Shown: positions 18,334-27,080, counted from the first letter of the stretch. The stretch is 64,000 bases of DNA from an uncultured bacterium (GCA_965368975.1 CBDUPA010000012.1:83540-147539); one strand, 5' to 3'. Notes: generated by a model not told the origin, from the sequence alone. Numbers and translations: made by a program.

Positions 18334-19353
18334 TCACAACATTCCCCGCAGCCACGCTCTCAGCCACAGAGGCCACCGCTTCCACCGCCCCGCCTCGACC
18401 GCCAGCTCCGCCGCCTCGACGCACAGGCGACGCCGCCAGTGCTCGCGCACCGCGTCGAACGTGTAGTCCTTCGCCCGCTCGCGCCCGTTCTCGACCATCG
18501 CCCGGTACAGCCCTGGCTCGGTGCGCAAGCGTCGGATCGCCGCTTTGGCGTCGTCCAGGCCCTCCACCTCGATGTAGTCCAGCTCCGAGCGGCGCAACTC
18601 GCGGTACGCCGCTTCCGGTCCCAGCAGCGCCGGAACCCCGGCGTGCCAGGCATTGACCAGCTTGGTGGCGGGCTTCTTCGAGTGCAACCGGCGATCCGGC
18701 GGACGGACGGCGAGGACGAGGTCGACGTCGCGGTAGTCGGGCCAGTGTGTCTCGGGCATCTCTTCCTTCTGGAAGGCGACCGAGTCGAGGTCCCAGGTCA
18801 TGTCCTGGTCGTGCAGGAAGGTCGGCCACGAAGGGTCGTGGAACGCGGGGTGCAGGTTGCCGTGGAAGCCCTTGTACGCCAGGTGCTCGACACGCGTGCC
18901 GCGCTGCGGATCGCGCGCTTGCAGTCCTGCCTGCGGCCAGTGCGGCACGTGCACGCGTCGCTGACCCGCATGCAGTGAGTCGTCGGCATAGACCCCGTTC
19001 TGCAGGATCTCGAGATCCGCCAGCCGTGCCGGCTTGAGGTCGCCGCGCACGCCGACCAGGACGAGATCGGCGTCTGTACCGCGACGCTGCAACTCCTTGC
19101 GCAGCGTGTGGCGGTGCTTGCTGTGGAAGACGACAACCTTGCTCTCCGGTGACACCGCGGGCAGCGCGTCCACCAGTTCCGCGTCCACCGGCGGCGACTG
19201 GCCCGCTCGCCGCAAGCGCAGGCAGGTTTGCAGGATCCAGGCATGCTCGCCGCGTCGGAAGGCGGTCCAGTCGCGGTCGGGGTCGAGGTGGAGGAGGGAG
19301 GGGAGCCCACTATGGGAAGACTCGTCTTGGTGGGGGAGGTAGAAGAGGATCAT
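18334..19353 (-). CDS. hypothetical protein, glycosyltransferase-like (GT-B C-terminal-like)
   Basis: 339 aa. The C-terminal segment KLVNAWHAGVPALLGPEAAYRELRRSELDYIEVEGLDDAKAAIRRLRTEPGLYRAMVENGRERAKDYTFD resembles GT1-type C-terminal lobes. Bracketed by repeat copies B and C. Confidence 0.4.
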   Translation of the reverse strand: MILFYLPHQDESSHSGLPSLLHLDPDRDWTAFRRGEHAWILQTCLRLRRAGQSPPVDAELVDALPAVSPESKVVVFHSKHRHTLRKELQRRGTDADLVLVGVRGDLKPARLADLEILQNGVYADDSLHAGQRRVHVPHWPQAGLQARDPQRGTRVEHLAYKGFHGNLHPAFHDPSWPTFLHDQDMTWDLDSVAFQKEEMPETHWPDYRDVDLVLAVRPPDRRLHSKKPATKLVNAWHAGVPALLGPEAAYRELRRSELDYIEVEGLDDAKAAIRRLRTEPGLYRAMVENGRERAKDYTFDAVREHWRRRLCVEAAELAVEAGRWKRWPLWLRAWLRGML

Positions 19354-19373
19354 GGGGAGCCCTCATCCGCCCC

Positions 19374-19503
19374 GGAGGGCGCAGACCCCTGCGCCCCTAC
19401 AGACCCGCGCCGCCGCCCGAACGTTACGTGGTCCGAATCGTTCATGCCGTGCGTTCCGTTCGGGGGTTGGGGTGGGTCGTAGGGGCGCAAGGCATTGCGC
19501 CCT
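19374..19503. repeat. palindromic GC-rich repeat element, copy C (~130 bp)
   Basis: GGAGGGCGCAGACCCCTGCGCCCCTAC (19374-19400) and GTAGGGGCGCAAGGCATTGCGCCCT (19479-19503). These are the exact reverse complements of copy B's two terminal hairpins, and the interior is related to copy B. The element overlaps the 3' end of dusA. Confidence 0.8.
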
Positions 19504-20509
19504 GGGTGGTGGTTGGCTCCGCCACCTTCCCCGCCGCCGCCACCAACACCTCGACGCCCGCACCGTCGAGATGCGCCTTCTCGCTCAGGTACCGTCGCCA
19601 TGCACGCGCCCCTGGCTGGCCGGCGAAGAGCCCCAGCAGGTGACGGCTGATCCGCTTCAGCGGCACCCCCGCCGCCAGCTGGCGCTCGACGTACGGAAAG
19701 AGCCCTTCGACGACCGCGCGGCGTGTTGGCACTTCACCGTCGTCGCCAAAGATCGCCGTGTCCACCGACGCGAGGAAGTACGGATCTTCGTACGCAGCCC
19801 GCCCGATCATGCAGGCGTCGACGTGACGCAGGTGCTCCTGGATCGCGTCCAGCGTGCGGATACCGCCGTTGATCTCGATGTGCAGGTGCGGGAACTCCCG
19901 CTTGAGCCGATACACGTCGTCATAGCGCAGCGGCGGAATCGTCCGGTTCTCCTTCGGGCTCAGCCCCGACAACCACGCCTTGCGCGCGTGCACCGTGAAC
20001 CGATCCGCCCCGGCGCGCGCCACCACCTCCACGAAGCGCGCCATGTCCTCATAGCGGTCCAGGTCGTCAATGCCGATGCGATGCTTCACCGTCACCGGCA
20101 ACGCTACCGCCCCGCGCATCGCCTCCACCGCCCGCGCCACCTTCTCCGGCTCGGCCATCAAGCAGGCGCCAAAGCTCCCTTTCTGCACCCGGTCGCTCGG
20201 GCAGCCGACGTTCAGGTTCACCTCGTCATAGCCCAGATCCGCCGCGATGCGCGCGCACTCGCTCAGCTCCGCCGGATCGTCGCCCCCCAGTTGCAGCGCC
20301 AGCGGATGCTCCACCTCGTCATAGCCGAGCAAGGCGTCGCGGTTCCCATGCAACACCGCTCCCGTCGTCACCATCTCCGTGTACAGCAGTGAGTGTCGTG
20401 TCAGCTGGCGCTGGAAGACGCGGAAGTGCCGGTCGCTGTGATCCATCATCGGGGCGATGGAGACGGACGGCGTCGAGGTGCGGGGAGTGGGGAGCGGCGT
20501 GGGCGTCAT
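19442..20509 (-). CDS. dusA: tRNA-dihydrouridine synthase A
   Basis: VSIAPMMDHSDRHFRVFQRQLTRHSLLYTEMVTTGAV...LQLGGDDP...VNLNVGCPSDRVQKGSFGACLM...TVKHRIGIDD is DusA-like throughout. The last ~20 codons read into repeat copy C. Confidence 0.9.
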   Translation of the reverse strand: MTPTPLPTPRTSTPSVSIAPMMDHSDRHFRVFQRQLTRHSLLYTEMVTTGAVLHGNRDALLGYDEVEHPLALQLGGDDPAELSECARIAADLGYDEVNLNVGCPSDRVQKGSFGACLMAEPEKVARAVEAMRGAVALPVTVKHRIGIDDLDRYEDMARFVEVVARAGADRFTVHARKAWLSGLSPKENRTIPPLRYDDVYRLKREFPHLHIEINGGIRTLDAIQEHLRHVDACMIGRAAYEDPYFLASVDTAIFGDDGEVPTRRAVVEGLFPYVERQLAAGVPLKRISRHLLGLFAGQPGARAWRRYLSEKAHLDGAGVEVLVAAAGKVAEPTTTQGAMPCAPTTHPNPRTERTA

Positions 20510-20570
20510 GGCGGGGGTATTCTACCGAGGTGGGGAGATGGGGGCGATGTGGTGCTTCCGAGGGGCCGGG

Positions 20571-21881
20571 TCAGAGCCGCCAGTAGAGGTGGTAGACGGG
20601 GAAGGGACGGCCGCCGGCTCGCTCGGCGCGCAGGACCTCGTGCAGCACCAGGCGGAGGTCCTGCAGCGTGAGATGTCCGCCAGAGGCTTGATTGCCGAAC
20701 AGGCGTAGGGCGAGGGCGGCTTGGGGGCTGCACGTGAGATGGTCGGCGAGGGCGGCGATACGACGTGCCAGGTCGAGGTCGACAGCTTGCTCGCCTTGGT
20801 GCCCCGCCCTGGCATCGGCCTTGCGGCTCAGCTTGCGGCCGGTCTTGCGAGCGGGTGCCAGTCGCAGCTGCAAGCCGTGGCTGAGAACGAGGACCGCTTC
20901 CAGCGCTCGACGGACCTGGACGAATTCGTCAGCCAGGTCGATCCAGGGGCGCGGGTCGGTGGCGTCGTCGACGTCGAGATCCCGGCCAGCGAAAGGGGAG
21001 CGCACGCCCAGGTCGTCGCCGTGCAGCAGGCACAGCCAGCGCAGGTGCGGCGGTGACGTGTCGAAGCCGGCGGTGTCGGCGGCACGCAGGCCTTCTTCGA
21101 TCACTTCGCGGGCCCGCTCCCGGTGGCCGTGGTAGAGCAAGGCTCGTGCGGCCGCGGCGTGGGCGCTGTCGTCGACCAGGGACGGGGCGCTCAGGGCTTC
21201 CAGGTCACGCAGTAGGTTCCGCCGGCGCAGGCGATCTTGCCGCAGGTCGAGCATCATGCGTCCGAACAGTGCGCTGTGCCGCAGCGGGAAGGGGTCGGGC
21301 AGGCTGGCGGCAGGGTCGGAGTCTTCGGCTCTCCCCGTAAGCGCTATGGGTAGCCGGAAGGCCAGGTCGACGGCGGTCTCGACGTGGTCACGGGCGGCCG
21401 GCAGGTAGCCTTGCCAGCTGTTGTAACTGGCCAGGGCCCAGTGGATCAGCGTGCGGGTCGCGGGGTGCAGGGGCTGCTGGTCGGTGCTCAGGTCGAGCGC
21501 TTGGTGCAGTCGTCGATAGCCTTGGAGATGGTAGCCGGTGTAGCTGAGGAAGCGGCCCAACTGGGCCAGTGCCAGCGCGTGCAGTTCGCGCGCGTCGCCG
21601 GCGAAGTGACGCGTCTGCCGCAGCTGCGCCGTGATCTCGACGGCAAGCCGGGTCAGCTGCGACGCCGCGGCGGGGCTCTCGCGCACCACGGCCTCGGCGG
21701 CGGTGAACAGCATCGCGACGCTGCCGCTGGTGTGGTAACGGCTGTCCTTGCGTACGATGTCCACGCGCCGCTGGGGCGTCTCGCGCAGCAACCGGGCGAG
21801 CAGCGGCCGCACCTCGGCGATTTCGGGGCGTTGTAGGAGTTCTTGCAGGCTGGGTTCTTTGGATCTGCTGTCCTGAGGCAT
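20571..21881 (-). CDS. TPR-like helical-repeat protein, function unknown
   Basis: 436 aa, helical repeats. The N-terminal third has the same layout as the 23625..24902 protein. Compare RYHTSGSVAMLFTAAEAVVRESPAAASQLTRLAVEI here with ASWVVNWCLVRLLLRENLRITPQDVHEGGRLARLALML there. Confidence 0.45.
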   Translation of the reverse strand: MPQDSRSKEPSLQELLQRPEIAEVRPLLARLLRETPQRRVDIVRKDSRYHTSGSVAMLFTAAEAVVRESPAAASQLTRLAVEITAQLRQTRHFAGDARELHALALAQLGRFLSYTGYHLQGYRRLHQALDLSTDQQPLHPATRTLIHWALASYNSWQGYLPAARDHVETAVDLAFRLPIALTGRAEDSDPAASLPDPFPLRHSALFGRMMLDLRQDRLRRRNLLRDLEALSAPSLVDDSAHAAAARALLYHGHRERAREVIEEGLRAADTAGFDTSPPHLRWLCLLHGDDLGVRSPFAGRDLDVDDATDPRPWIDLADEFVQVRRALEAVLVLSHGLQLRLAPARKTGRKLSRKADARAGHQGEQAVDLDLARRIAALADHLTCSPQAALALRLFGNQASGGHLTLQDLRLVLHEVLRAERAGGRPFPVYHLYWRL

Positions 21882-22081
21882 GAGAGGGCTCCTCGTAGGC
21901 TGGAGAGACAGGATGCGGGCGGCAAACGACGGCGGCGGGAGGCGTCGAGGCTGCTGGCATCGACCCCGCCCGTCGCCCGTGGGGTCACGGTGGGTGGCTG
22001 TGTCGAGGCACCGTCAGCGCTGGCGAACCGGTGCGGGCCGCCTCGACTCGAGGGGGGCTCCTGAGCTCCAGGAGTGGCGGC

Positions 22082-22630
22082 CTACAGGGCTTCCGGCAGC
22101 GCGAGGCTGCGATCGACCCCCTCGAGACCAGCGGCCAGGTCGAGATCGAGACCGGTGACGCCGCGGCGCACAGCTGGGCTCGCCACCTCGACGCGGAGGC
22201 TCGGGCCGTCGATGCTCAGCCGCGGTGGGTGACGCAGCTTGCGAGCCACCGCGGCGATGGCGTTGGCGAAGGCGCAGGCGGCGGTGAAGTCCGGGAAGCG
22301 GTACTGCTTCTGCAACCCGCGTTCGCCTTCCTGCCAGCCCGGCAGGCGCTGTAGTTCGAGCGCCAGCTGCGCCGTCTCGACTTCGCCGACCTTGGTGTGC
22401 CCGGTACGGCTGGCTGTGGACAGTCGGCTGCAGCCACCGGTGGCGTCGACGGTGGTGCTGTCGGCTTGCCGCTCCGCATCGCTACCGATGCGTTCTGCTT
22501 TGAGCTTGTCGACGCTGCCGAGGCTTTCGATAGGGGGGCCTACACGCGCGGAGTCTGCGCTCGGGGAGCCCGCGCCGCGGCGAGTGTCGGTCGAGCGAGG
22601 GGAGCGTTGTCGTGCATGGGTTTTACTCAT
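22082..22630 (-). CDS. pterin-4a-carbinolamine dehydratase (PCD/DCoH)-like protein with disordered N-terminal extension
   Basis: C-terminal ~95 aa: LQRLPGWQEGERGLQKQYRFPDFTAACAFANAIAAVARKLRHPPRLSIDGPSLRVEVASP..GVTGLDLDLA. This follows the PCD pattern, with RHPP in place of HHPD. Start set at ATG 22630 (MSKTHARQ...). Confidence 0.6.
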   Translation of the reverse strand: MSKTHARQRSPRSTDTRRGAGSPSADSARVGPPIESLGSVDKLKAERIGSDAERQADSTTVDATGGCSRLSTASRTGHTKVGEVETAQLALELQRLPGWQEGERGLQKQYRFPDFTAACAFANAIAAVARKLRHPPRLSIDGPSLRVEVASPAVRRGVTGLDLDLAAGLEGVDRSLALPEAL

Positions 22631-23252
22631 GGTCGTGTCATCCTTGATGAAGTGGGTTCGAGGTGAGTTTCGGCGGTAGCGCGCATGAATTCCTGCTGCA
22701 ATCTCCTTGGATTCGCGCTCATTGCAATGAAATTCATGCGCGATCTGGGGGCAGCTTAGGGATGCGATGCTGGCTTTGTCAAGTCTTAGGCAACGCAAAG
22801 GCATAGATTTTTATGCGGCTGATGCCGATCTGGACTGGAGGAAGCGTGTTCAGGCGAGTTCCGAAGGGCACGGCGAATCGCACCTCGGCAAGGAGGTGGG
22901 GAGGGAGCGGTCTGGGTACTGCAGAGTTGCCTCAGATCAAAGGGAATATTTCTTCTGCAAGATCAAATGTTCGCAGGAAGGGGGGGTGGCCCTGGGTTGT
23001 CGCCGCTGTGCGAGAGGCGTAGGATGGCCGTTTCGAGAAGCTGAGGAAGGGCGTAAGTAGTGCTAGAGGAACGAGTTGCGGGAGGAGGTCTACCGTCTCG
23101 GTGGCTGCTGGAGCAGCCCGCAAGAACGCCTGCGATAGTCTCTCTGGAGGCGACGGCTTGCTGAATGGGGCAAGTCGGCCTGAGTGTCTATATACATCTC
23201 AGTGGTATCCGTCATGAGGGCGGTGCCAAACATGGTGAAAAGGAGATGCGAA

Positions 23253-23351
23253 ATGCTGAAGTATGGTGAGGCGAAGAAGGCTGTCTACAGAGGATCGCTT
23301 ATCGACCCGATCGGGTTTGATAGAGGGTCATTGATCGATCCCATCGGATAG
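23253..23351 (+). CDS. small ORF (32 aa) with tandem RGSLIDPIG repeat
   Basis: Below the ORF-track length cutoff. AAAGGAG lies 8 nt upstream of ATG 23253. Product: MLKYGEAKKAVYRGSLIDPIGFDRGSLIDPIG*. In-frame alternative starts at 23232, 23214, 23202 and 23184 would give up to 55 aa. A perfect 9-bp hairpin follows at 23415-23439. Confidence 0.35.
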   Translation: MLKYGEAKKAVYRGSLIDPIGFDRGSLIDPIG

Positions 23352-23414
23352 CCCCGCTGTCTCGGTCCTTCCGAGTCTAAACTGCTGAATCCCCCCCATC
23401 GTACTTCCCCATAT

Positions 23415-23439
23415 GGCCCCGGGTGGCAGGCCCGGGGCC
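23415..23439 (+). terminator. GC hairpin downstream of the small ORF (possible terminator or attenuator; no U-tract)
   Basis: GGCCCCGGG-TGGCAGG-CCCGGGGCC: perfect 9-bp stem and 7-nt loop. Not followed by a T-run. Confidence 0.3.
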
Positions 23440-23624
23440 TCGACTTGCGTCAGTTACCGACCTCGACTACACTTTCGTCGATCCAGTAATATCTTTCCCG
23501 CAACCGGCTTGAATTCTGTCTTTCATGGATCACCGAATACTGGAAACGCCCGTGCGCTGTGATCCGCAGGGCGACTGTTGACGCATTGGCACCATGCTAC
23601 AGTGACCTAGGAGGACGAGACACC

Positions 23625-24902
23625 ATGACGGCATCCCATCCGGAACCGCTGCCGCTGACCTTGATTGCCGAGTATCTTGACGGATCCGCCGACGCCAACT
23701 CATTCTGGGACGATTGGGTGTCGGTTCTGCTGGAGAACCCGCGGTTCGCGGCCAGTTTCCACCGCCTCTTGGGGCTGAGCGAAGAGTTCAGCTTGCCGCA
23801 GCTGAGCCGGGTCGCCTACGAGGGCCCGGAGGCACGCGAGCTATTGCAGCGTCTGCGCTGCTTGCCGCCAGCGAGGCAGTGGCGCGAGGCACGCAATGCC
23901 AGTTGGGTGGTCAATTGGTGTTTGGTGCGCCTCTTGCTGCGAGAGAATCTCCGCATCACTCCGCAGGACGTGCACGAGGGCGGCCGCCTGGCGCGTTTGG
24001 CCCTGATGCTGGTGCGACGCTTGCCGGCTGCAGTCTACGGCACTGAGCGCTTGGCCGAACTGAGGGCACTGGCCTGGGCCAATCTGGCCAATGTCTATCG
24101 CGTGCGCGGTGATCTCAAGCAGGCCGACGCTCTCATGCAGCGTGCACTGCGTCGCCTCGGAGGAGAGCCGCTGCAAGAGCCCGGTCTGCGAGCGGATCTG
24201 CACCTGATTCAGGGTTCCATGCTCTACGATCAGCGGCAACTCGGTGCCGCCCGGATGGCCTTCGAGCAAGGCTTGAATCTCTGTCAGCACCCGCTTCGGC
24301 AAGAAACGGCCGCTATGCTTCAGATGCGGCTGGCCGCTCTGGACTACGAGGTGGCACACCTAGACAGTGCAATTGAGAGGACCGAGGCGGCCCTACGACT
24401 CATCGGCAAGTCTGGGGCTACGCGGCTCTTTGTGCAAGCGAGCTTCAATCTTGCGGATCTGTTTGCCCGAGCGGGCCGCTTCGACGAGGCGATGGCGCAG
24501 CTGTCTCAGCATCGGCAAGCCCTGCAAGTCTATGGGACGCCGAGTGATCAGTGCCGCGCCAACTGGTGCGAGGGGATCATCCACCAGGGGCTTGGCGAAT
24601 TTGGCGCGGCAGTGAAATGCTACGCGCGCGCAAAAAAAGCTTTCCTTTCTCTGGATTTGTGGTACGATGCAGCCATTGTCACGCTGGAGTTGGCTAGCTT
24701 ACTGCTCGAACACGGCAAAACAGCTGAAGTCAAGCAACTAGCGCTCGACACGCACAAGCTCTTTGAAATCCAGGACGTCGACCGCGAAGCTCTTGCAGCG
24801 CTAGAGCTCTTCCGCGAGGCAGCGACGCAGGAAGCCTTGTCGATCGAGATGCTGCAACGCATCGAAGCCGACTTCCGGCAAGCCTGCCGTGTCTCCGCTT
24901 AG
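23625..24902 (+). CDS. TPR repeat protein, function unknown
   Basis: 425 aa from ATG 23625, with AGGAGG 8 nt upstream. TPR-like repeats: LRALAWANLANVYRVRGDLKQADALMQRAL, QGSMLYDQRQLGAARMAFEQGL, NLADLFARAGRFDEAMAQL, GIIHQGLGEFGAAVKCYARA. Confidence 0.6.
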   Translation: MTASHPEPLPLTLIAEYLDGSADANSFWDDWVSVLLENPRFAASFHRLLGLSEEFSLPQLSRVAYEGPEARELLQRLRCLPPARQWREARNASWVVNWCLVRLLLRENLRITPQDVHEGGRLARLALMLVRRLPAAVYGTERLAELRALAWANLANVYRVRGDLKQADALMQRALRRLGGEPLQEPGLRADLHLIQGSMLYDQRQLGAARMAFEQGLNLCQHPLRQETAAMLQMRLAALDYEVAHLDSAIERTEAALRLIGKSGATRLFVQASFNLADLFARAGRFDEAMAQLSQHRQALQVYGTPSDQCRANWCEGIIHQGLGEFGAAVKCYARAKKAFLSLDLWYDAAIVTLELASLLLEHGKTAEVKQLALDTHKLFEIQDVDREALAALELFREAATQEALSIEMLQRIEADFRQACRVSA

Positions 24903-25028
24903 GCCTTGCGCCTGGGCGTTGGAGATCGCCGCGACATTTCTGGATATCTACACTTGGTGCACCAGCCTGGCGACCATCAGTAGCCTGATGGCCATCCTTC
25001 TGGTAGCTGGAACCTAAGAAATCGAGTT

Positions 25029-25107
25029 GGCCGGTGTAGGCGAACGGTCGGAGTTAAACCAGACTTCCGCCAAGTTTCCCGTTCGTCTACACCGGCCTTT
25101 AGTTTTT
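25029..25107. terminator. long hairpin + T-run between convergent genes (putative bidirectional terminator)
   Basis: GGCCGGTGTAGGCGAACGG (25029-25047) pairs with CCGTTCGTCTACACCGGCC (25079-25097). That is 18 Watson-Crick pairs plus one G.U pair. It is followed by TTTAGTTTTT. Confidence 0.55.
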
Positions 25108-25163
25108 GGGGCCTCGAGTTCTTAGGGCCCTCGGCTATTGAGCCCTTCAGTTCTGGGGAGAGC

Positions 25164-25721
25164 CTAGCGGAAGCAGGGGCGCTCCGGCCACGGGACGCGT
25201 TGCGGTAGATCTTGCGGTTCGGGAGTGGCCTGCAACTGACCCTGCAGAGCTGCCTCGACGGTCACACCGTCCGGCGCCAGCGGGTGATCCGGCAGCAGCT
25301 CGGCCAGGGGAAGCAGGGCGAACAGGCGTTGCTGGAGCCGTGGATGCGGCAGGGTGAGTTCCGGGCGCTGCAGGTGGGTGCTGCCGTAGAGCAGCAGATC
25401 GATGTCGAGAAGGCGCGCTGCGTTGCGCTGGCGCCGACGCCGGCCGGCGGCCAGCTCCAGCGCCTGGGTGACGGCCAGGACGGCCGTGGCCGGCAGTCGA
25501 CAGTCGCCGGTCAGCACGGCGTTGAGGTAGGGAGGCTGGGTTGCAGTCAGGGGCTGGGCTGTGTCCGTGGACTCGGACTGGGGCAGCCACAGGGGGCTAC
25601 GATAGAGGCCGGAGAGACGGGCGTGGCGCAGGCGCAGGCGATGCTGCAGAACGCGGGCAGCCTGCGCCAGGGTCGTTGCGACGTTGCCCAGGTTGGCACC
25701 CAGGCCCAGGGCCAGGACGAC
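25164..25721 (-). CDS. folK: 2-amino-4-hydroxy-6-hydroxymethyldihydropteridine diphosphokinase (HPPK); start codon unresolved
   Basis: Reverse frame reads (A)VVLALGLGANLGNVATTLAQAARVLQ...LYRSPLW...QPPYLNAVLTGDC...RLLDIDLLLYG...LTLPHPRLQQRLFALLPLAEL, which is HPPK over its full length. The track only lists the part from the internal GTG (25517). Confidence 0.75.
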   Translation of the reverse strand, partial: VVLALGLGANLGNVATTLAQAARVLQHRLRLRHARLSGLYRSPLWLPQSESTDTAQPLTATQPPYLNAVLTGDCRLPATAVLAVTQALELAAGRRRRQRNAARLLDIDLLLYGSTHLQRPELTLPHPRLQQRLFALLPLAELLPDHPLAPDGVTVEAALQGQLQATPEPQDLPQRVPWPERPCFR

Positions 25722-25731
25722 GGCCGGGGAA

Positions 25732-26070
25732 TCAGTCGTCGTCGTCCTCGTCGTCGCTGTCGTCGTCGTCGCTCAGGTCGGCACCTTCGAGTTCGCTCTC
25801 GAGGTCGTCATCCTCGAGATCGTCGTCGTCCTCGTCGTCATCTTTGGCGCCGTCCTCGAGCAGGTCCGAGTTGTCCTTCTTCGGCGCCTTCTCTTTCTCG
25901 GTCTTGACGGCGACGGGCGGTGGCGGTGCCGCGGCAGGCTTGCTCTTGCCGCTCGCCGGCGCTACCGGGGTGGCGCACTTGGGACAGGCGGGTTGCGGTC
26001 GGCCCAGGTCGTAAAACTTGGTGCTGCACTCACTGCAGGTGTGCTTGGTGCCCAGCTTGTTTTCAGCCAT
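25732..26070 (-). CDS. FYDLN-acid family zinc-ribbon protein (TIGR02300-like)
   Basis: MAENKLGTKHTCSECSTKFYDLGRPQPACPKCATPV... followed by a poly-Asp/Glu tail. ATG at 26070; the track extension to 26292 was dropped. Confidence 0.6.
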   Translation of the reverse strand: MAENKLGTKHTCSECSTKFYDLGRPQPACPKCATPVAPASGKSKPAAAPPPPVAVKTEKEKAPKKDNSDLLEDGAKDDDEDDDDLEDDDLESELEGADLSDDDDSDDEDDDD

Positions 26071-26236
26071 GATGAAAATCAGCCCCGTAGATCGGTTCAG
26101 CCGTTGGATTCGTCCCACATGGGAATCTGTCGACGTGCCGCGAAGAGCGCTTGCCCCCGGCGCGGCGGGAAGATACCATGCCGCAGGTCCGCGCTGGGAC
26201 CAGTTCGGCTGGAAGCAGCGCTTCTTATACCCCAAG

Positions 26237-27052
26237 ATGCGAATGTCGACAACGATTTCTACTGCAAGTTCCCTGACGTCGTGGCTGGCCAATGTCGCCC
26301 GCTACGGGGCGATCGCGCTGCTGGCGCTGCTTCTGGCAGCTTCGCTGCTGGCGCCTGCGTTGATCGCTCAGGCGTCCGATGTACCCGATCCTTCCGAGCC
26401 CGGGCTGAGCGCTGACGAGCAACTGCGCCGGCTGCTGGCTCGTGTTCAGTACGAGCAGCGCAACACGCGCACGCTGCACGCCGACTTCCGGCTGCTGCAG
26501 CAGAGTGAGCTGCTGCTCGAGCCGCAAGAGTCGTCCGGCGAGCTGTTCTACCGTGCACCGGACGAGGTGCGCTGGGAGTACAGTTCCCCTGAACCGATGA
26601 CGGTGGTCATTCGCGAGGATCGTATGCTCACCTGGTACCGCGATCTGCATCGAGCCGAGCGGGCGCAGGTGGGCAGTTATTCCGAGCGGGTGATGAAGTA
26701 TCTCAACGCTGCCAACTCCTTGGACGCGTTGCTCGAATACTTCGACGCCCGGGTCAGCTTCGCGCAGCTCGACCAGCCCTACCAGGTCAAGCTGGAGGCC
26801 AACAGCCCGCGCGTGGCGCGGCGTCTGAGTGGCATGACGCTGTGGATCGACCGCGAGCTGTACCGGCCGGTGAAGATCATCGTCGAATCGGCGGACGGCG
26901 ACGTGACGGAGTTCCAGTTCGAGAACTTCCGGGTCAACGGTGAGTTGCCCGAGGGCGTGTTCGACGTCGAGCTACCACCGGACGTCGAAGTGCGCGACGT
27001 CGAGCTGGGTAGTTCCAGCTCTGGAGCCGCCGCGAGCGGCGGTCACTTCTGA
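26237..27052 (+). CDS. LolA-like outer-membrane lipoprotein carrier/sorting protein
   Basis: Signal peptide: ARYGAIALLALLLAASLLAPALIAQA. LolA-like body: LHADFRLLQQSELLLEPQESSGELFYRAPDEVRWEY...MTLWIDRELYRPVKIIVESADGDVTEFQFENFRVNGELPEGVF. Confidence 0.6.
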   Translation: MRMSTTISTASSLTSWLANVARYGAIALLALLLAASLLAPALIAQASDVPDPSEPGLSADEQLRRLLARVQYEQRNTRTLHADFRLLQQSELLLEPQESSGELFYRAPDEVRWEYSSPEPMTVVIREDRMLTWYRDLHRAERAQVGSYSERVMKYLNAANSLDALLEYFDARVSFAQLDQPYQVKLEANSPRVARRLSGMTLWIDRELYRPVKIIVESADGDVTEFQFENFRVNGELPEGVFDVELPPDVEVRDVELGSSSSGAAASGGHF

Positions 27053-27080
27053 GCCCTGGCCGCGAGCGGGGGGAGCTGCG

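Noticed and set aside
9303-19503. Possibility that the repeated GC hairpins are a CRISPR array
   Set aside because: There are only three copies, which are kilobases apart. Each is an internally palindromic ~130-170-bp unit. There is no regular repeat-spacer periodicity and no cas genes.
22631-23252. Short ORFs 22767..23060 (+), 22813..23022 (+), 22932..23123 (-) and a possible structured RNA in the 22.6-23.25 kb gap
   Set aside because: They have no SD, no motifs and mutually overlapping frames. I could not recognise any riboswitch, sRNA or tRNA-like fold by eye. The region is left as unexplained intergenic sequence.
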